A model generated the notes under the pieces. That model worked only from the letters and a program-made list of their open reading frames with translations, had not been told where the DNA came from and made no database searches. Made by a program: the position numbers and the translations under genes. From assembly GCA_018335275.1 (NCBI GenBank), contig JAGXKM010000002.1, forward strand, positions 12,233-76,232: a DNA stretch of 64,000 nucleotides, read 5' to 3'. Shown one piece after another: positions 1 to 8,891 of this stretch (position 1 is the stretch's first letter; the number at the start of each line of letters is the position of its first letter). This stretch comes from Anaerolineales bacterium (GTDB lineage: Bacteria > Chloroflexota > Anaerolineae > Anaerolineales > UBA11858).

Positions 1-1
1 A

Positions 2-679
2 AAGGAACAACCAGAGGCGGGGGAATTAATTGAGTCGGTGATACAGGCTCAAGAGGCAGAACGGCATAGGCTTTCTCGGAAAATACACGATGGGCCGGCC
101 CAGGCGCTTTCCAACTTTATCCTCCAGGCAGAGATTGCTCAACGGCTTTTTGATATGGACATCGAACAGGCTAGAGAGGAATTAGATGAGCTGAAATCCA
201 CAGCAAGTGCTACGTTTGGCAAAGTAAGGGATTTCATATTTGAGTTGCGCCCCATGATGCTCGACGATTTGGGATTAGTGCCGACATTACGGCATTATAT
301 AGAAAGCTATCAAGAACAGACCGGTTTAGAAGTGAATTTTTCAGCATCCGGTACGGAAAGGCGTTTGGATGGTTACCTGGAAATCATGATTTTTCGAGCA
401 GTTCAGGAATTACTGAGTAATGCCAGCAGACACAGCGAGGGGGATAAGGTGAACGTGCATATTGATACCCAGGAAGACATAGTGGAAGTGAGTGTAGAAG
501 ATGATGGAAAAGGGTTCAACGTAGAACAAGCTTTAGAGGGCAGTATGGGTATCAAAGTCATCAAAGACCGCGTCGATATATTAGGGGGTGAAATGATTAT
601 TGATACAGCGGTAGGACAAGGAACGAGAATCCACTTTGAGGTTCCTGCCGGCACGGAGGGTGAAGAGGTCTTTGCATAA
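2..679 (+). CDS. Sensor histidine kinase, C-terminal part (HisKA_3 + HATPase_c), 5'-truncated by the window edge
   Basis: The reading frame is open from nt 2, so the GTG at 38 is internal. It has the H-box 'EAERHRLSRKIHDGPAQ' typical of NarX/DegS/LiaS-type kinases. It also has the ATPase motifs 'ELLSNASRHS', 'EDDGKGF' and 'GGEMIIDTAVGQGTRI'. Confidence 0.85.
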   Translation, partial: KEQPEAGELIESVIQAQEAERHRLSRKIHDGPAQALSNFILQAEIAQRLFDMDIEQAREELDELKSTASATFGKVRDFIFELRPMMLDDLGLVPTLRHYIESYQEQTGLEVNFSASGTERRLDGYLEIMIFRAVQELLSNASRHSEGDKVNVHIDTQEDIVEVSVEDDGKGFNVEQALEGSMGIKVIKDRVDILGGEMIIDTAVGQGTRIHFEVPAGTEGEEVFA

Positions 680-696
680 TTGTAAGGTAAAGCATA

Positions 697-725
697 TTGC
701 ATTCTAAACACTCATTCTTTATAAT
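697..725 (+). promoter_or_regulatory. Candidate sigma70-type promoter for flp (TTGCAT-17 nt-TATAAT)
   Basis: A perfect -10 TATAAT lies at 720-725. A weak -35 TTGCAT lies at 697-702 with 17-nt spacing, about 65 nt upstream of the flp ATG. Confidence 0.4.
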
Positions 726-791
726 GGCAAGTAACCCAATAGGTTCGCATACGCCTGGCGGGAAATCCAAACTTATTAGGAGGTGAAAACC

Positions 792-938
792 ATGCTATTC
801 GCACCAAAGGAAAAAGGCCAAGGTCTTGTAGAGTATGCGCTAATTCTTGTTTTAGTTGCAGTTGTTGTAATTGTCATTCTCTCCCTACTTGGTCCTGCTA
901 TTGGAAACGTATTTAGCAACATCGTTAACTCGATTTAA
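792..938 (+). CDS. flp: Flp-family type IVb pilin (48 aa), absent from the ORF track because it is under 60 aa
   Basis: AGGAGG at 778-783 sits 8 nt before the ATG. The product is MLFAPKEKGQGLVEYALILVLVAVVVIVILSLLGPAIGNVFSNIVNSI. It carries the Flp signature (G/xxxxEY followed by a hydrophobic helix). It sits directly upstream of cpaB-cpaE-cpaF-tadBC. Confidence 0.8.
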   Translation: MLFAPKEKGQGLVEYALILVLVAVVVIVILSLLGPAIGNVFSNIVNSI

Positions 939-984
939 TGTAGCTAAATAAATCCTTAGGGCCCGTGACAGCCTACGATGTCAT

Positions 985-1030
985 GCACGCAAAGCCCTGC
1001 CTTTTGGTAAGGTTTTGCGTGTTTTTTCTT
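985..1030 (+). terminator. Rho-independent terminator after flp
   Basis: The stem GCACGCAAAGCC (985-996) pairs with GGTTTTGCGTG (1011-1021, one G-T pair) and is followed by TTTTTTCTT. Confidence 0.6.
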
Positions 1031-1211
1031 AACAAAATAAGGGGGTATGCTAAAAGAATTATCAAAATTCATAAGTCGAAATCAAGAATAGGGGTAGAAA
1101 AGAATTCCAATATCAGTTAAACTACTTATAAGATTCAATTACCAAATAAAGTCAAGAACTCAACAAAAACTTTAATGAAGACATTGTTTCTTTTTCATCC
1201 AGGAGGTTGAC

Positions 1212-2330
1212 ATGAGTCGCGGAAGAGTGTTTTTATATCTTAGCCTGATCCTGATTTTATTGCTGGTAGGGGGGTATTTTGCGTGGAATAATTTCCTTAA
1301 ACCAACGGAAACTGGCCAACCAGCAAATCAGCCCACACCCGTTCCTGATACTGTGGACATCATCGTCGTCACTCAAAAAGCGTCCCGAGGAACGGTGTTA
1401 AATGAGACACTATTGGGTAAGATTTCTCTTCCGCGAGATGTTGTCATTCCCGGGATGTTTACGGATTTAGCTCAAGTTGTTGGAAGACAAGCTAAGTTTG
1501 ATCTTGATAGTGGCATCCCAGTCACAGCAAATATGTTAGTGGACACAGCTGATCAATTATCCGATGCTGGATCCGTGGCTTCTTTGTCTATACCTGAAGG
1601 CATGGTGGCTAAAACTATCCCTATGGACCGTTTCTCGAGTGTGGCATACGCTTTAAAACCAGGCGATAAAGTGGTAGTAATTGCTTCCATGCCGTTTATT
1701 GATATCGACCAATCATTCCAGACGAAATTGCCGAACCGCGTGGGCTCGGTTTATGGCACGGTACCGGAAGGAGGTGGAGGTGAAGGGGAAGCGACGACTG
1801 GACCGAGCTTGACCATCGAAATCAAGGGCAGTAAGGACTCCCCCCCTCAAGGCAGAACAGAAGACGCGCTTGGATTAGAAGAGGAAGAAATTTATGTGCT
1901 TCCATCAGAAGATCAGCGCCCAAGATTAGCCTCTCAAGCCATCATTCCCAGCGCAACAGTGTTAAAGGTGGGAGAATTCAGCTTTGAAGAAGAGCCTGAA
2001 CAAGCGCTTCCAACCCCAACCCCAAGCCCCGGTGACCAACAGGAAGGCCAAGTGCAACCGGAACCCAAAAAGGAACCACCAGACATTATCACCTTGATCA
2101 TCACTCCCCAGGAGGCTGTGAATTTGACGTACTTGATTGAGAGTGGAGTGGATATACATCTGGTTTTAAGGTCTGCAGGTGACAGCACGGTCGTAGATAC
2201 GCAAACGGTGACACTAAAAAACCTTTTGGAAAATTATGATATCCCGCTGCCTGAAAAACTGCCCTACGGATTTTATCCCCGAGTGGATGGTGAAGAGGAA
2301 ACTAATGGTGGGTCTGAGCCAACGCCTTAA
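1212..2330 (+). CDS. cpaB: Flp pilus assembly protein CpaB/RcpC-like, with an acidic/Pro-rich insertion
   Basis: It has an N-terminal TM anchor and a SAF-like segment 'IVVTQKASRGTVLNETLL...VVGRQAKFDLDSGIPVTANML'. It also has 'SIPEGMVAKTIPMD...LKPGDKVVV' and a C-terminal 'ITLIITPQEAVNLTYLIESGVDIHLVLRS'. AGGAGG precedes the ATG. Confidence 0.72.
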   Translation: MSRGRVFLYLSLILILLLVGGYFAWNNFLKPTETGQPANQPTPVPDTVDIIVVTQKASRGTVLNETLLGKISLPRDVVIPGMFTDLAQVVGRQAKFDLDSGIPVTANMLVDTADQLSDAGSVASLSIPEGMVAKTIPMDRFSSVAYALKPGDKVVVIASMPFIDIDQSFQTKLPNRVGSVYGTVPEGGGGEGEATTGPSLTIEIKGSKDSPPQGRTEDALGLEEEEIYVLPSEDQRPRLASQAIIPSATVLKVGEFSFEEEPEQALPTPTPSPGDQQEGQVQPEPKKEPPDIITLIITPQEAVNLTYLIESGVDIHLVLRSAGDSTVVDTQTVTLKNLLENYDIPLPEKLPYGFYPRVDGEEETNGGSEPTP

Positions 2331-2359
2331 TAATTAATTGAATTTGAGGAAGCTGATTC

Positions 2360-3592
2360 ATGACAGAACAAGATTACACTGTATTAATTGTTGATGACCA
2401 TGACGATACCAGAAAGAATATCAGCAAATTGCTAAAATTCGAGAGCAATATCAAAGTGGTTGATACTGCGAGTACGGGTAAGGAAGGCATCAAGAAAGCC
2501 AGGGAGCTTACCCCAGACGTGGTGCTGATGGATATCAACATGCCTGATATGGATGGCATTAAGGCGACGGAAGCCATTCAAGAACAGGTTCCTTCGACCC
2601 AGATCGTTATCTTATCTGTTCAGGGTGATACCAATTACATGCGCAGAGCTATGTTGGCAGGCGCTCGTGATTTTATGACCAAGCCTGCCAAAAGTGATGA
2701 ATTAATCACGGTCATCAAACGCGCGGGTCAAAAAGCGAAAGAGGAAAAAGAGAAAGCGGCCTTTACAGTTCCCGGGCAAGCTGGGGTACGGACGAAATAC
2801 GGTACGACATCTCAGCTCTCGGGATTTGGGAAGGTCATATCCGTTTACAGCCCTAAAGGCGGGGTCGGTAAAACAACCATTGCGACCAATTTGGCTATCA
2901 CCCTGCACAGAGATGAGACGCCAGTAGTGATTGTGGATGGGAACCTGCAATTTGGTGATGTAGCTGTGTTCATGAATGAGCGGAGTAAGAACAGCATTGT
3001 GGACCTGACCCCAATGGCTAATCAGCTGGATCCAGAGGTAGTGGACGAAGTGGCCATCCATCATAAAGCGTCCGGAGTGGATATCATATCTGCTCCTCCC
3101 CATCCGGAAGATGCGGACACAGTTACCGGTCCACAATTGGTGAAAGTACTTGAGTACCTGAAAAGGTTGTATACCTATGTGATTGTCGATACCGCGACAG
3201 GTCTATCTGATATCACGCTTGATACGTTGGATGCCAGCGATCTTGTAATCCTGGTCACAGCTCAAGACATACCGTCTATCATTAATTCCCGGATGATGTT
3301 GGCTTTATTACGGGCGTTGAACATATCAAAAGGTAAAATTGTCATGGCCATGAACCGGTTTGAAAAACAGATCTCGATTTCCCCTGAAAAAGTAAGTAAA
3401 AACTTAAATCATAAGATCGTAGCTGTGATACCTGAGGATCCACAAATAGTCATGCCTGCGGTGAACAGGGGCGTTCCTTTTATGCTCGATGATGTGAAAT
3501 CAAAGGAAATTGGAAAAGGAATACTAAAACTTTCTGCACAGGTCCGAGATAGTTTGAATGAACTTGAGCAAGAAATTGTTACTGAAAATTAG
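2360..3592 (+). CDS. cpaE: Response-regulator receiver domain fused to a CpaE/TadZ-type ParA/MinD ATPase
   Basis: The REC domain has all canonical residues ('IVDDHDD', 'LMDINMPDMDG', 'ILSV', 'TKP'). It is followed by the deviant Walker A 'SPKGGVGKTTIATNLA' and a MinD-like fold. Confidence 0.82.
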   Translation: MTEQDYTVLIVDDHDDTRKNISKLLKFESNIKVVDTASTGKEGIKKARELTPDVVLMDINMPDMDGIKATEAIQEQVPSTQIVILSVQGDTNYMRRAMLAGARDFMTKPAKSDELITVIKRAGQKAKEEKEKAAFTVPGQAGVRTKYGTTSQLSGFGKVISVYSPKGGVGKTTIATNLAITLHRDETPVVIVDGNLQFGDVAVFMNERSKNSIVDLTPMANQLDPEVVDEVAIHHKASGVDIISAPPHPEDADTVTGPQLVKVLEYLKRLYTYVIVDTATGLSDITLDTLDASDLVILVTAQDIPSIINSRMMLALLRALNISKGKIVMAMNRFEKQISISPEKVSKNLNHKIVAVIPEDPQIVMPAVNRGVPFMLDDVKSKEIGKGILKLSAQVRDSLNELEQEIVTEN

Positions 3593-3638
3593 GTTCCAGC
3601 AGTTAAGGGTGCCCGGTATTAAAGGGATGTGAGGATAC

Positions 3639-5036
3639 ATGTCATTATTAAAGAGGATAGAACAAAGTCAGGGTTCAGGTGGAGATAAATCAAATAAAGA
3701 GAAGGGGTCCTCCCGTCTGGGCACGTTGGAAGCTCGCAGGGTATCACCACCGCGAGAACGGGCTCAAGAAGAAACCTACGCGGATTTAAAAGTGAGAGTA
3801 CAAAATAGGTTATTAGCGGAATTAGATCCTTCTATTGATGTCTCTGAGGTTGATAAAGTTCGTGGTACGATCCGAGAATTGTTCGAACAAATACTCTCTG
3901 AAGAGAGCATCGTTCTCTCCCGCCAGGAGAAACACCGCTTGTTTGAGCAGATTTCAGCAGAGATATTGGGGTTTGGCCCCCTGCAGCCCCTCCTCGAAGA
4001 CGATGAGATTACAGAAGTCATGGTTAACGGAGCGAAGAATGTTTACCGGGAAAAATACGGTAAGATCAAGCGGGTTCCGATTACTTTTGAAAGCGACGAA
4101 CATGTGATGCGCATCATTGATCGTATTGTCGCTCCCCTGGGAAGGCGGATTGATGAATCCAGTCCTTATGTGGACGCGCGTCTTCCGGATGGCTCACGTG
4201 TGAACGCCGTGATTCCCCCCATTTCTCTGGTTGGGCCCTGTTTGACCATCCGTAAGTTCTCCAAAGACCCGTTTACAGTGGAACAATTAGTCGATTTTGG
4301 AACGATCACTCCCGGAGCAATAAAATTTCTTGAAGCGGCTGTGAAATCAAGATTGAACATCATTATATCGGGGGGAACGGGTTCCGGGAAAACGACATTG
4401 CTCAACGTGCTTTCTCAGTTTATTCCCAACGATGAGCGGATTATCACGGTGGAGAACGCTGCGGAACTCCAACTGAGGCAGGATCACGTTGTGACCCTCG
4501 AATCGCGGCCCCCGAACATTGAAGGGCGCGGCGAGGTGACGATCCGGCAACTGGTAATCAACACGCTGCGTATGCGGCCGGATCGAATCATCGTCGGTGA
4601 GATCCGCGGTGAGGAAGCTCTAGATATGTTGCAGGCCATGAACACAGGCCATGATGGGTCATTAACAACAGCCCACTCCAACAGCCCTCGAGATACACTG
4701 GCAAGGATTGAAACCATGACCTTGATGGCAGGTATGGACCTGCCCGTGCGGGCTATTCGGGAGCAGATAGCGTCAGCTATTGATCTGATTGTGCATCAAA
4801 ACAGGCTGTCAGATGGCTCTAGAAGAGTTGTCAATGTGACCGAAGTCGTGGGCATGGAAGGTGATACAATCACCATGACCGATATCTTTAATTTCGAACA
4901 GACAGCGATAGAGGATGGAAAGGTTATGGGGGAACTGCGCCCCACAGGTCTGAGGCCGCAAGGGCTGGATAAAATTGAAGGATCCGGGTTCCATTTACCC
5001 CCGGCAATTTTCAACCGAAGGAGCGGATCACGGTAG
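3639..5036 (+). CDS. cpaF: Tad/Flp pilus secretion ATPase CpaF/TadA (type II/IV secretion NTPase)
   Basis: It has Walker A '[12 protein letters not shown]' and '[36 protein letters not shown]' (Walker B plus His box), which are characteristic of VirB11/CpaF ATPases. Confidence 0.92.
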   Translation: MSLLKRIEQSQGSGGDKSNKEKGSSRLGTLEARRVSPPRERAQEETYADLKVRVQNRLLAELDPSIDVSEVDKVRGTIRELFEQILSEESIVLSRQEKHRLFEQISAEILGFGPLQPLLEDDEITEVMVNGAKNVYREKYGKIKRVPITFESDEHVMRIIDRIVAPLGRRIDESSPYVDARLPDGSRVNAVIPPISLVGPCLTIRKFSKDPFTVEQLVDFGTITPGAIKFLEAAVKSRLNIIISGGTGSGKTTLLNVLSQFIPNDERIITVENAAELQLRQDHVVTLESRPPNIEGRGEVTIRQLVINTLRMRPDRIIVGEIRGEEALDMLQAMNTGHDGSLTTAHSNSPRDTLARIETMTLMAGMDLPVRAIREQIASAIDLIVHQNRLSDGSRRVVNVTEVVGMEGDTITMTDIFNFEQTAIEDGKVMGELRPTGLRPQGLDKIEGSGFHLPPAIFNRRSGSR

Positions 5037-5082
5037 CAGATACATTCATTCGGATGGATACATGAATTGAGGGTGATTGATC

Positions 5083-6045
5083 ATGACACTTATTTTGGTG
5101 TTCGGTGGTGGATTGGCTTTTGTGCTCTTGCTGATTGGGATCGTAATTTCTCTTAGTGAAGAGAGATCATTGATTGATGATCGTTTTTCTCATTACATTG
5201 ATGAAGATTTTGAAGTAGAAACCACTGAGGAAGAAAAAGAACCGACACCGATTACGGAATGGCTGGATAGTATCCTGGAACGCTACCAATGGGGGAAAAG
5301 GATTCGGGAGAGTTTAGCCCAAGCTGACATTCAACTCCGGCCAGCAGAATTCTTGGCAATGATCGTCATTGTTTCTTTTGGTTTGGCGTTGATAGCCTGG
5401 CTGATTGGGGGGAGATCCATTATCTCTGCCATTATTGGAGCTATTGTCGGCGGGATCGTCCCCCGAACATATGTCAAAAGACAGCAAAAAAAGCGTTTGA
5501 CGACATTCAATAACCAATTACCGGATATGCTTAACCTGGTTGTAAACGGCCTTCGAGCGGGATATTCAACCATGCAGGCTATGGAAGCTGTGAGTAAAGA
5601 ACTTCCCCCGCCGATGAGTGATGAATTCCGGCGAGTCGTGCAGGAGATGCAACTTGGCCTCTCGATGGAGAGAGCCCTTGATAATCTTCACCGCAGAATC
5701 CCCAGCGATGACTTGGATTTGACCATAACAGCGATCAACGTCCAGCGCGAAGTTGGTGGTAACCTGGCGGAGATATTGGACACGATTTCTTATACCATTC
5801 GAGAACGAATCCGGATTAAAGGAGAAATCCAAGTTCTGACATCCCAGGTGATGTATTCGGGAAAATTCCTGGCTTTGCTGCCCTTGATTCTTATGGGTCT
5901 GTTGTGGTTTGCTAATCGGGAATATTTAATGAGTTTCTTTGCGCCCGGTGATCTCTTGTGTGGGATTATCTTGTTGTCCATAGCGGGCGTGATGGTACTC
6001 AGCGGATATATCATCATGACACGATTGGCGGATATTGAAGTTTAG
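5083..6045 (+). CDS. tadB: Tad pilus platform protein TadB (T2SS F-domain)
   Basis: It has an N-terminal TM helix, a cytoplasmic T2SSF-like domain ('LPDMLNLVVNGLRAGYSTMQAMEAV') and C-terminal TM helices. The ATG at 5083 has a better SD (GAGGGTG) than the TTG at 5077 given in the track. Confidence 0.8.
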   Translation: MTLILVFGGGLAFVLLLIGIVISLSEERSLIDDRFSHYIDEDFEVETTEEEKEPTPITEWLDSILERYQWGKRIRESLAQADIQLRPAEFLAMIVIVSFGLALIAWLIGGRSIISAIIGAIVGGIVPRTYVKRQQKKRLTTFNNQLPDMLNLVVNGLRAGYSTMQAMEAVSKELPPPMSDEFRRVVQEMQLGLSMERALDNLHRRIPSDDLDLTITAINVQREVGGNLAEILDTISYTIRERIRIKGEIQVLTSQVMYSGKFLALLPLILMGLLWFANREYLMSFFAPGDLLCGIILLSIAGVMVLSGYIIMTRLADIEV

Positions 6046-6063
6046 AAAACCTAGGAGTCGTTT

Positions 6064-7014
6064 ATGAGTGTTCTTATCTGGGTAGGTGTACTCGTCGTCC
6101 TAATTGTTTCTATAGCCCTCGTTGTGGTAGGATTCCGGGACCGCGCGGAGGAATCCCCGCTAGAGGACCGCTTGGCAGAATACGCGGCCAGAGGTGAAGA
6201 TGTAACTTTGGAGGAAATTGAGCTTTCTCAGCCCATAACTGAAAGGGTTGTAATCCCTTTGGTAAGGGCAATAGGTGAATTTACGGAGAGGTTTACTCCC
6301 CAGAAAGCTTATGAGCAGACAAAAAGGAAGCTTGAATTAGCTGGAAATCCCAAAGGATTAGACCCAACCATATTTTGGGCCTCCAGGTTTATCGCGGTCG
6401 TTGTAGTTGCAGGTTTATTAATCATGGTGTTCACTTTCGGCACTGTGGAATGGACTTGGGGAAGAAAAATATTGCTCATGGCAGTTTTTTCAGCGATCGG
6501 TTTTTTTGTTCCTCAACTGCTGCTCCAGAGCCGGATCAACAGCAGGCAGGACGAGATTCGAAAAGCCATGCCAGATGCATTGGACTTATTAACGATCTGT
6601 GTTCAAGCGGGATTGGGTTTTGATGCAGCAATGCAAAAAGTGGCGGAAAAGTGGGACGACGAATTAGCGGATGAGTTTGATCAGGTTCTACGGGAAATTC
6701 GCTTGGGAAAAGTTCGGAGGGAAGCGCTGAGGAATATGGACGATCGAATTGGAATATCAGAGATGACCAGTTTTATTGCAGCTATCATCCAGAGCGAACA
6801 ATTAGGCGTGAGCATGGCAAAAGTTTTACGAATCCAATCTGATCAGATGAGAACGAAAAGAAGGCAAACTGCAGAGGAAAAAGCGCAGCAAGCGCCTGTA
6901 AAGATGTTATTTCCCATGGCGTTGCTTATTTTCCCTTCCCTCTTGATCATTCTGCTCGGACCTGCTGGATTGCAGCTGAAGAACTCGGCTTTATCTGGAA
7001 TGTTTGGCGGATAA
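6064..7014 (+). CDS. tadC: Tad pilus platform protein TadC (T2SS F-domain)
   Basis: It is a paralogue of the preceding gene ('MPDALDLLTICVQAGLGFDAAMQKV', 'LGVSMAKVLRIQSDQMR'). Its position after tadB matches the canonical locus order. Confidence 0.8.
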   Translation: MSVLIWVGVLVVLIVSIALVVVGFRDRAEESPLEDRLAEYAARGEDVTLEEIELSQPITERVVIPLVRAIGEFTERFTPQKAYEQTKRKLELAGNPKGLDPTIFWASRFIAVVVVAGLLIMVFTFGTVEWTWGRKILLMAVFSAIGFFVPQLLLQSRINSRQDEIRKAMPDALDLLTICVQAGLGFDAAMQKVAEKWDDELADEFDQVLREIRLGKVRREALRNMDDRIGISEMTSFIAAIIQSEQLGVSMAKVLRIQSDQMRTKRRQTAEEKAQQAPVKMLFPMALLIFPSLLIILLGPAGLQLKNSALSGMFGG

Positions 7015-7094
7015 GAAACATATGATAAAAAAAGGATAAAGGGAATAATGGGGTTGAGTAAGGGGGATAATCATCCGCTTACAGAGAGGTAAGT

Positions 7095-7823
7095 GTGCAG
7101 TCTCGCTTATATGAAGTAGGCTGGAAGTTCTTAGATCTGGTTATACCACCAAGATGTGGGGGATGTAAATGCTGGGGGACTAGATGGTGCGAATCCTGTC
7201 AAGATCAAGTGCAAATCATTGGAGAAGGAAGCTGCCCTAGATGTGGAGATCCAAATTGGGATGGGATCGGTACCATGTGTGGGCGCTGTTGTGGTTTAAG
7301 GTTATATTACGAAAGATTGTCGTCGTGGGTCTTTTTCAAGGGTCCAATAAGAGAAGCAGTTCATGAATTAAAATATCGACATAATGTGGGGTTGGGGGAA
7401 AAATTAGCCCAAAATTTGGTCAACCTATTTGAATCCTTGAGCTGGGATGTTGACTTTATTGTTCCGGTACCATTAGGCTCGAAAAGATTTCAAGAACGAG
7501 GATATAATCAGGTTATGTTATTGGCAAGACCATTCGCCTGGGACCTGGATATCCCTTTAAAAAATCAGGCTCTTACGCGTGTCCGCGAAACCCGCTCACA
7601 GGTTGGGTTGTCAAAGAAGCAGAGGATCGTTAATGTCCAGAATGCGTTTACTGCAAAAAAACAAGTCGTAAAGGGAAAAAGGATTTTGTTGGTGGATGAT
7701 GTAGTAACTACGGGGGCGACGATCAATGCCTGTGCTAAAGCCTTAAAAGAAGCAGGGGCAGAGAAAGTCTTTGCAGCAACTCTAGCCAGAGCGGTTCAAC
7801 CCAAGTCAATGGAAGCTGATTAA
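7095..7823 (+). CDS. comF: ComF-family protein (N-terminal Cys4 zinc finger + phosphoribosyltransferase domain)
   Basis: It has CxxC pairs ('CGGCKC...CESC', 'CPRCGD...CGRC') and the PRTase motif 'ILLVDDVVTTGATI'. It starts at a GTG preceded by GAGAGG. Confidence 0.82.
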   Translation: MQSRLYEVGWKFLDLVIPPRCGGCKCWGTRWCESCQDQVQIIGEGSCPRCGDPNWDGIGTMCGRCCGLRLYYERLSSWVFFKGPIREAVHELKYRHNVGLGEKLAQNLVNLFESLSWDVDFIVPVPLGSKRFQERGYNQVMLLARPFAWDLDIPLKNQALTRVRETRSQVGLSKKQRIVNVQNAFTAKKQVVKGKRILLVDDVVTTGATINACAKALKEAGAEKVFAATLARAVQPKSMEAD

Positions 7824-7842
7824 ATCGATAAGTGGAGGTGTT

Positions 7843-8397
7843 ATGACTCTAGAAGTAAAAATTTTCAGTCAAAGTATAGAAGTCACAGATCATATCCGAG
7901 ACCAGGTCATGAAAAAGGTATCTAACCTGGACCGATTTCTGGGAGATATCAACACAGCCAGGGTAGATTTAAAGTCAACTAATGCCAGGAATGCAGAAGA
8001 AAGAGAGGTGGCTCAAATTACCGTGAGAGGAAAGGGAATCATTTTGCGCGCTGAAGAAAGGGCCGGGGATATTCTGGGAGCTTTGAATTTAGCTGTGGAC
8101 ACAATTCAGCGTAGAATTAAACGATATAAGGGAAAAAGGAATCAGCGTTGGAAACAGGCCCAAAACAAAGTGGATTTTGATTCTGTTCCGTATGAAGATG
8201 AAAATGAGGAGCGGATCGTCAGGCGGAAAGAGTTCACAATTCGGCCGATGGATGAGTGGGAAGCTGTTGAACAAATGGAACTGCTTGGACATGACCAATT
8301 TTTTGTTTTTTACAATGCCAAGACAGATTCGATAAATGTACTTTACAGAAGAAAAGATGGGACATACGGTCTCTTGCAGCCAGAAGTAGCCTATTAA
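7843..8397 (+). CDS. hpf: Ribosome hibernation-promoting factor, long form
   Basis: It has an N-terminal sigma54-modulation/RaiA fold ('ITDHIRDQVMKKVSNLDRF') and the C-terminal dimerisation domain 'PMDEWEAVEQMELLGHDFFVF-like...NVLYRRKDGTYGLLQPE'. Confidence 0.9.
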   Translation: MTLEVKIFSQSIEVTDHIRDQVMKKVSNLDRFLGDINTARVDLKSTNARNAEEREVAQITVRGKGIILRAEERAGDILGALNLAVDTIQRRIKRYKGKRNQRWKQAQNKVDFDSVPYEDENEERIVRRKEFTIRPMDEWEAVEQMELLGHDQFFVFYNAKTDSINVLYRRKDGTYGLLQPEVAY

Positions 8398-8401
8398 ACT
8401 T

Positions 8402-8891
8402 CTAAATAAAGTAACCAGCACAGGTTTTTCCTGTGCTGGTTGTTATTTTAAGCGTAGGGGGAGAGGAAGATTCAAATCCATATCGAGAAGGAGAAGGGGT
8501 AACGCCCGATAACAGGTCACAGGTGACATGAGGGTAGTAAAAAACACCCTTAGAGGTCATCAGCTCAACGACCTTTTGAACCTGATATTCTTTTCTACCA
8601 ATTTCAATGACGCGACCCAATTCGGGACGGAAGTCCAGGTTGACGATTCCCGGTATCAACCAGGGACATCTCCCCTATCAATTGGCCTTTGCCTAAGTGG
8701 ATGATGGCTTTGGGGGGTAGGTTCTCGCCCTGCTTAATGATGATCTCCATCAGCACCTGTTGGAAGATACACATCTCATGTCCGGGTTCCCCCGCCAACG
8801 CGTAGATGTCCCGGAAGAAAGGGATCTTTCTTGCCAAATCGATAAGATGTCGTTTAATTTGGAGTCCATCAAGCCTCGAAAGAACTAATTT
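8402..8891 (-). pseudogene. Possible degraded cyclic-nucleotide-binding-domain gene (no start codon, frame break near 8640)
   Basis: The frame is open from 8891 with no initiator until a TTG at 8837. 'IPFFRDI...GEPGHEMCIF...GKGQLIGEMSLVD' resembles a shortened cNMP-binding beta-roll. The reading then continues only in another frame (8402-8659), which runs through the hpf terminator hairpin. Confidence 0.3.
8413..8450 (+). terminator. Rho-independent terminator after hpf
   Basis: A perfect 12-bp stem, AACCAGCACAGG (8413-8424) with CCTGTGCTGGTT (8430-8441), has a 5-nt loop and a T-rich tail. Confidence 0.75.

Noticed and set aside
403-711. Numerous 60-140-aa ORFs on the strand opposite, or in alternative frames, to long well-supported genes. 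Examples are 403-711, 1934-2188, 2702-3136, 4166-4717, 15284-16072, 17250-17681, 28297-28788, 33976-34357, 52130-52498, 58950-59504 and 63570-63980.
   Set aside because: They lie entirely inside genes with strong family motifs. They have low-complexity or Ser/Pro/Arg-rich translations, no SD sequences and no recognisable motifs, so they are shadow ORFs.
8402-8659. An 85-aa minus-strand ORF considered as an intact gene.
   Set aside because: Its 3' end reads straight through the perfect 12-bp hpf terminator hairpin. Its 5' part overlaps another frame carrying cNMP-binding-like motifs. It is more consistent with a frameshifted remnant than with a functional gene.
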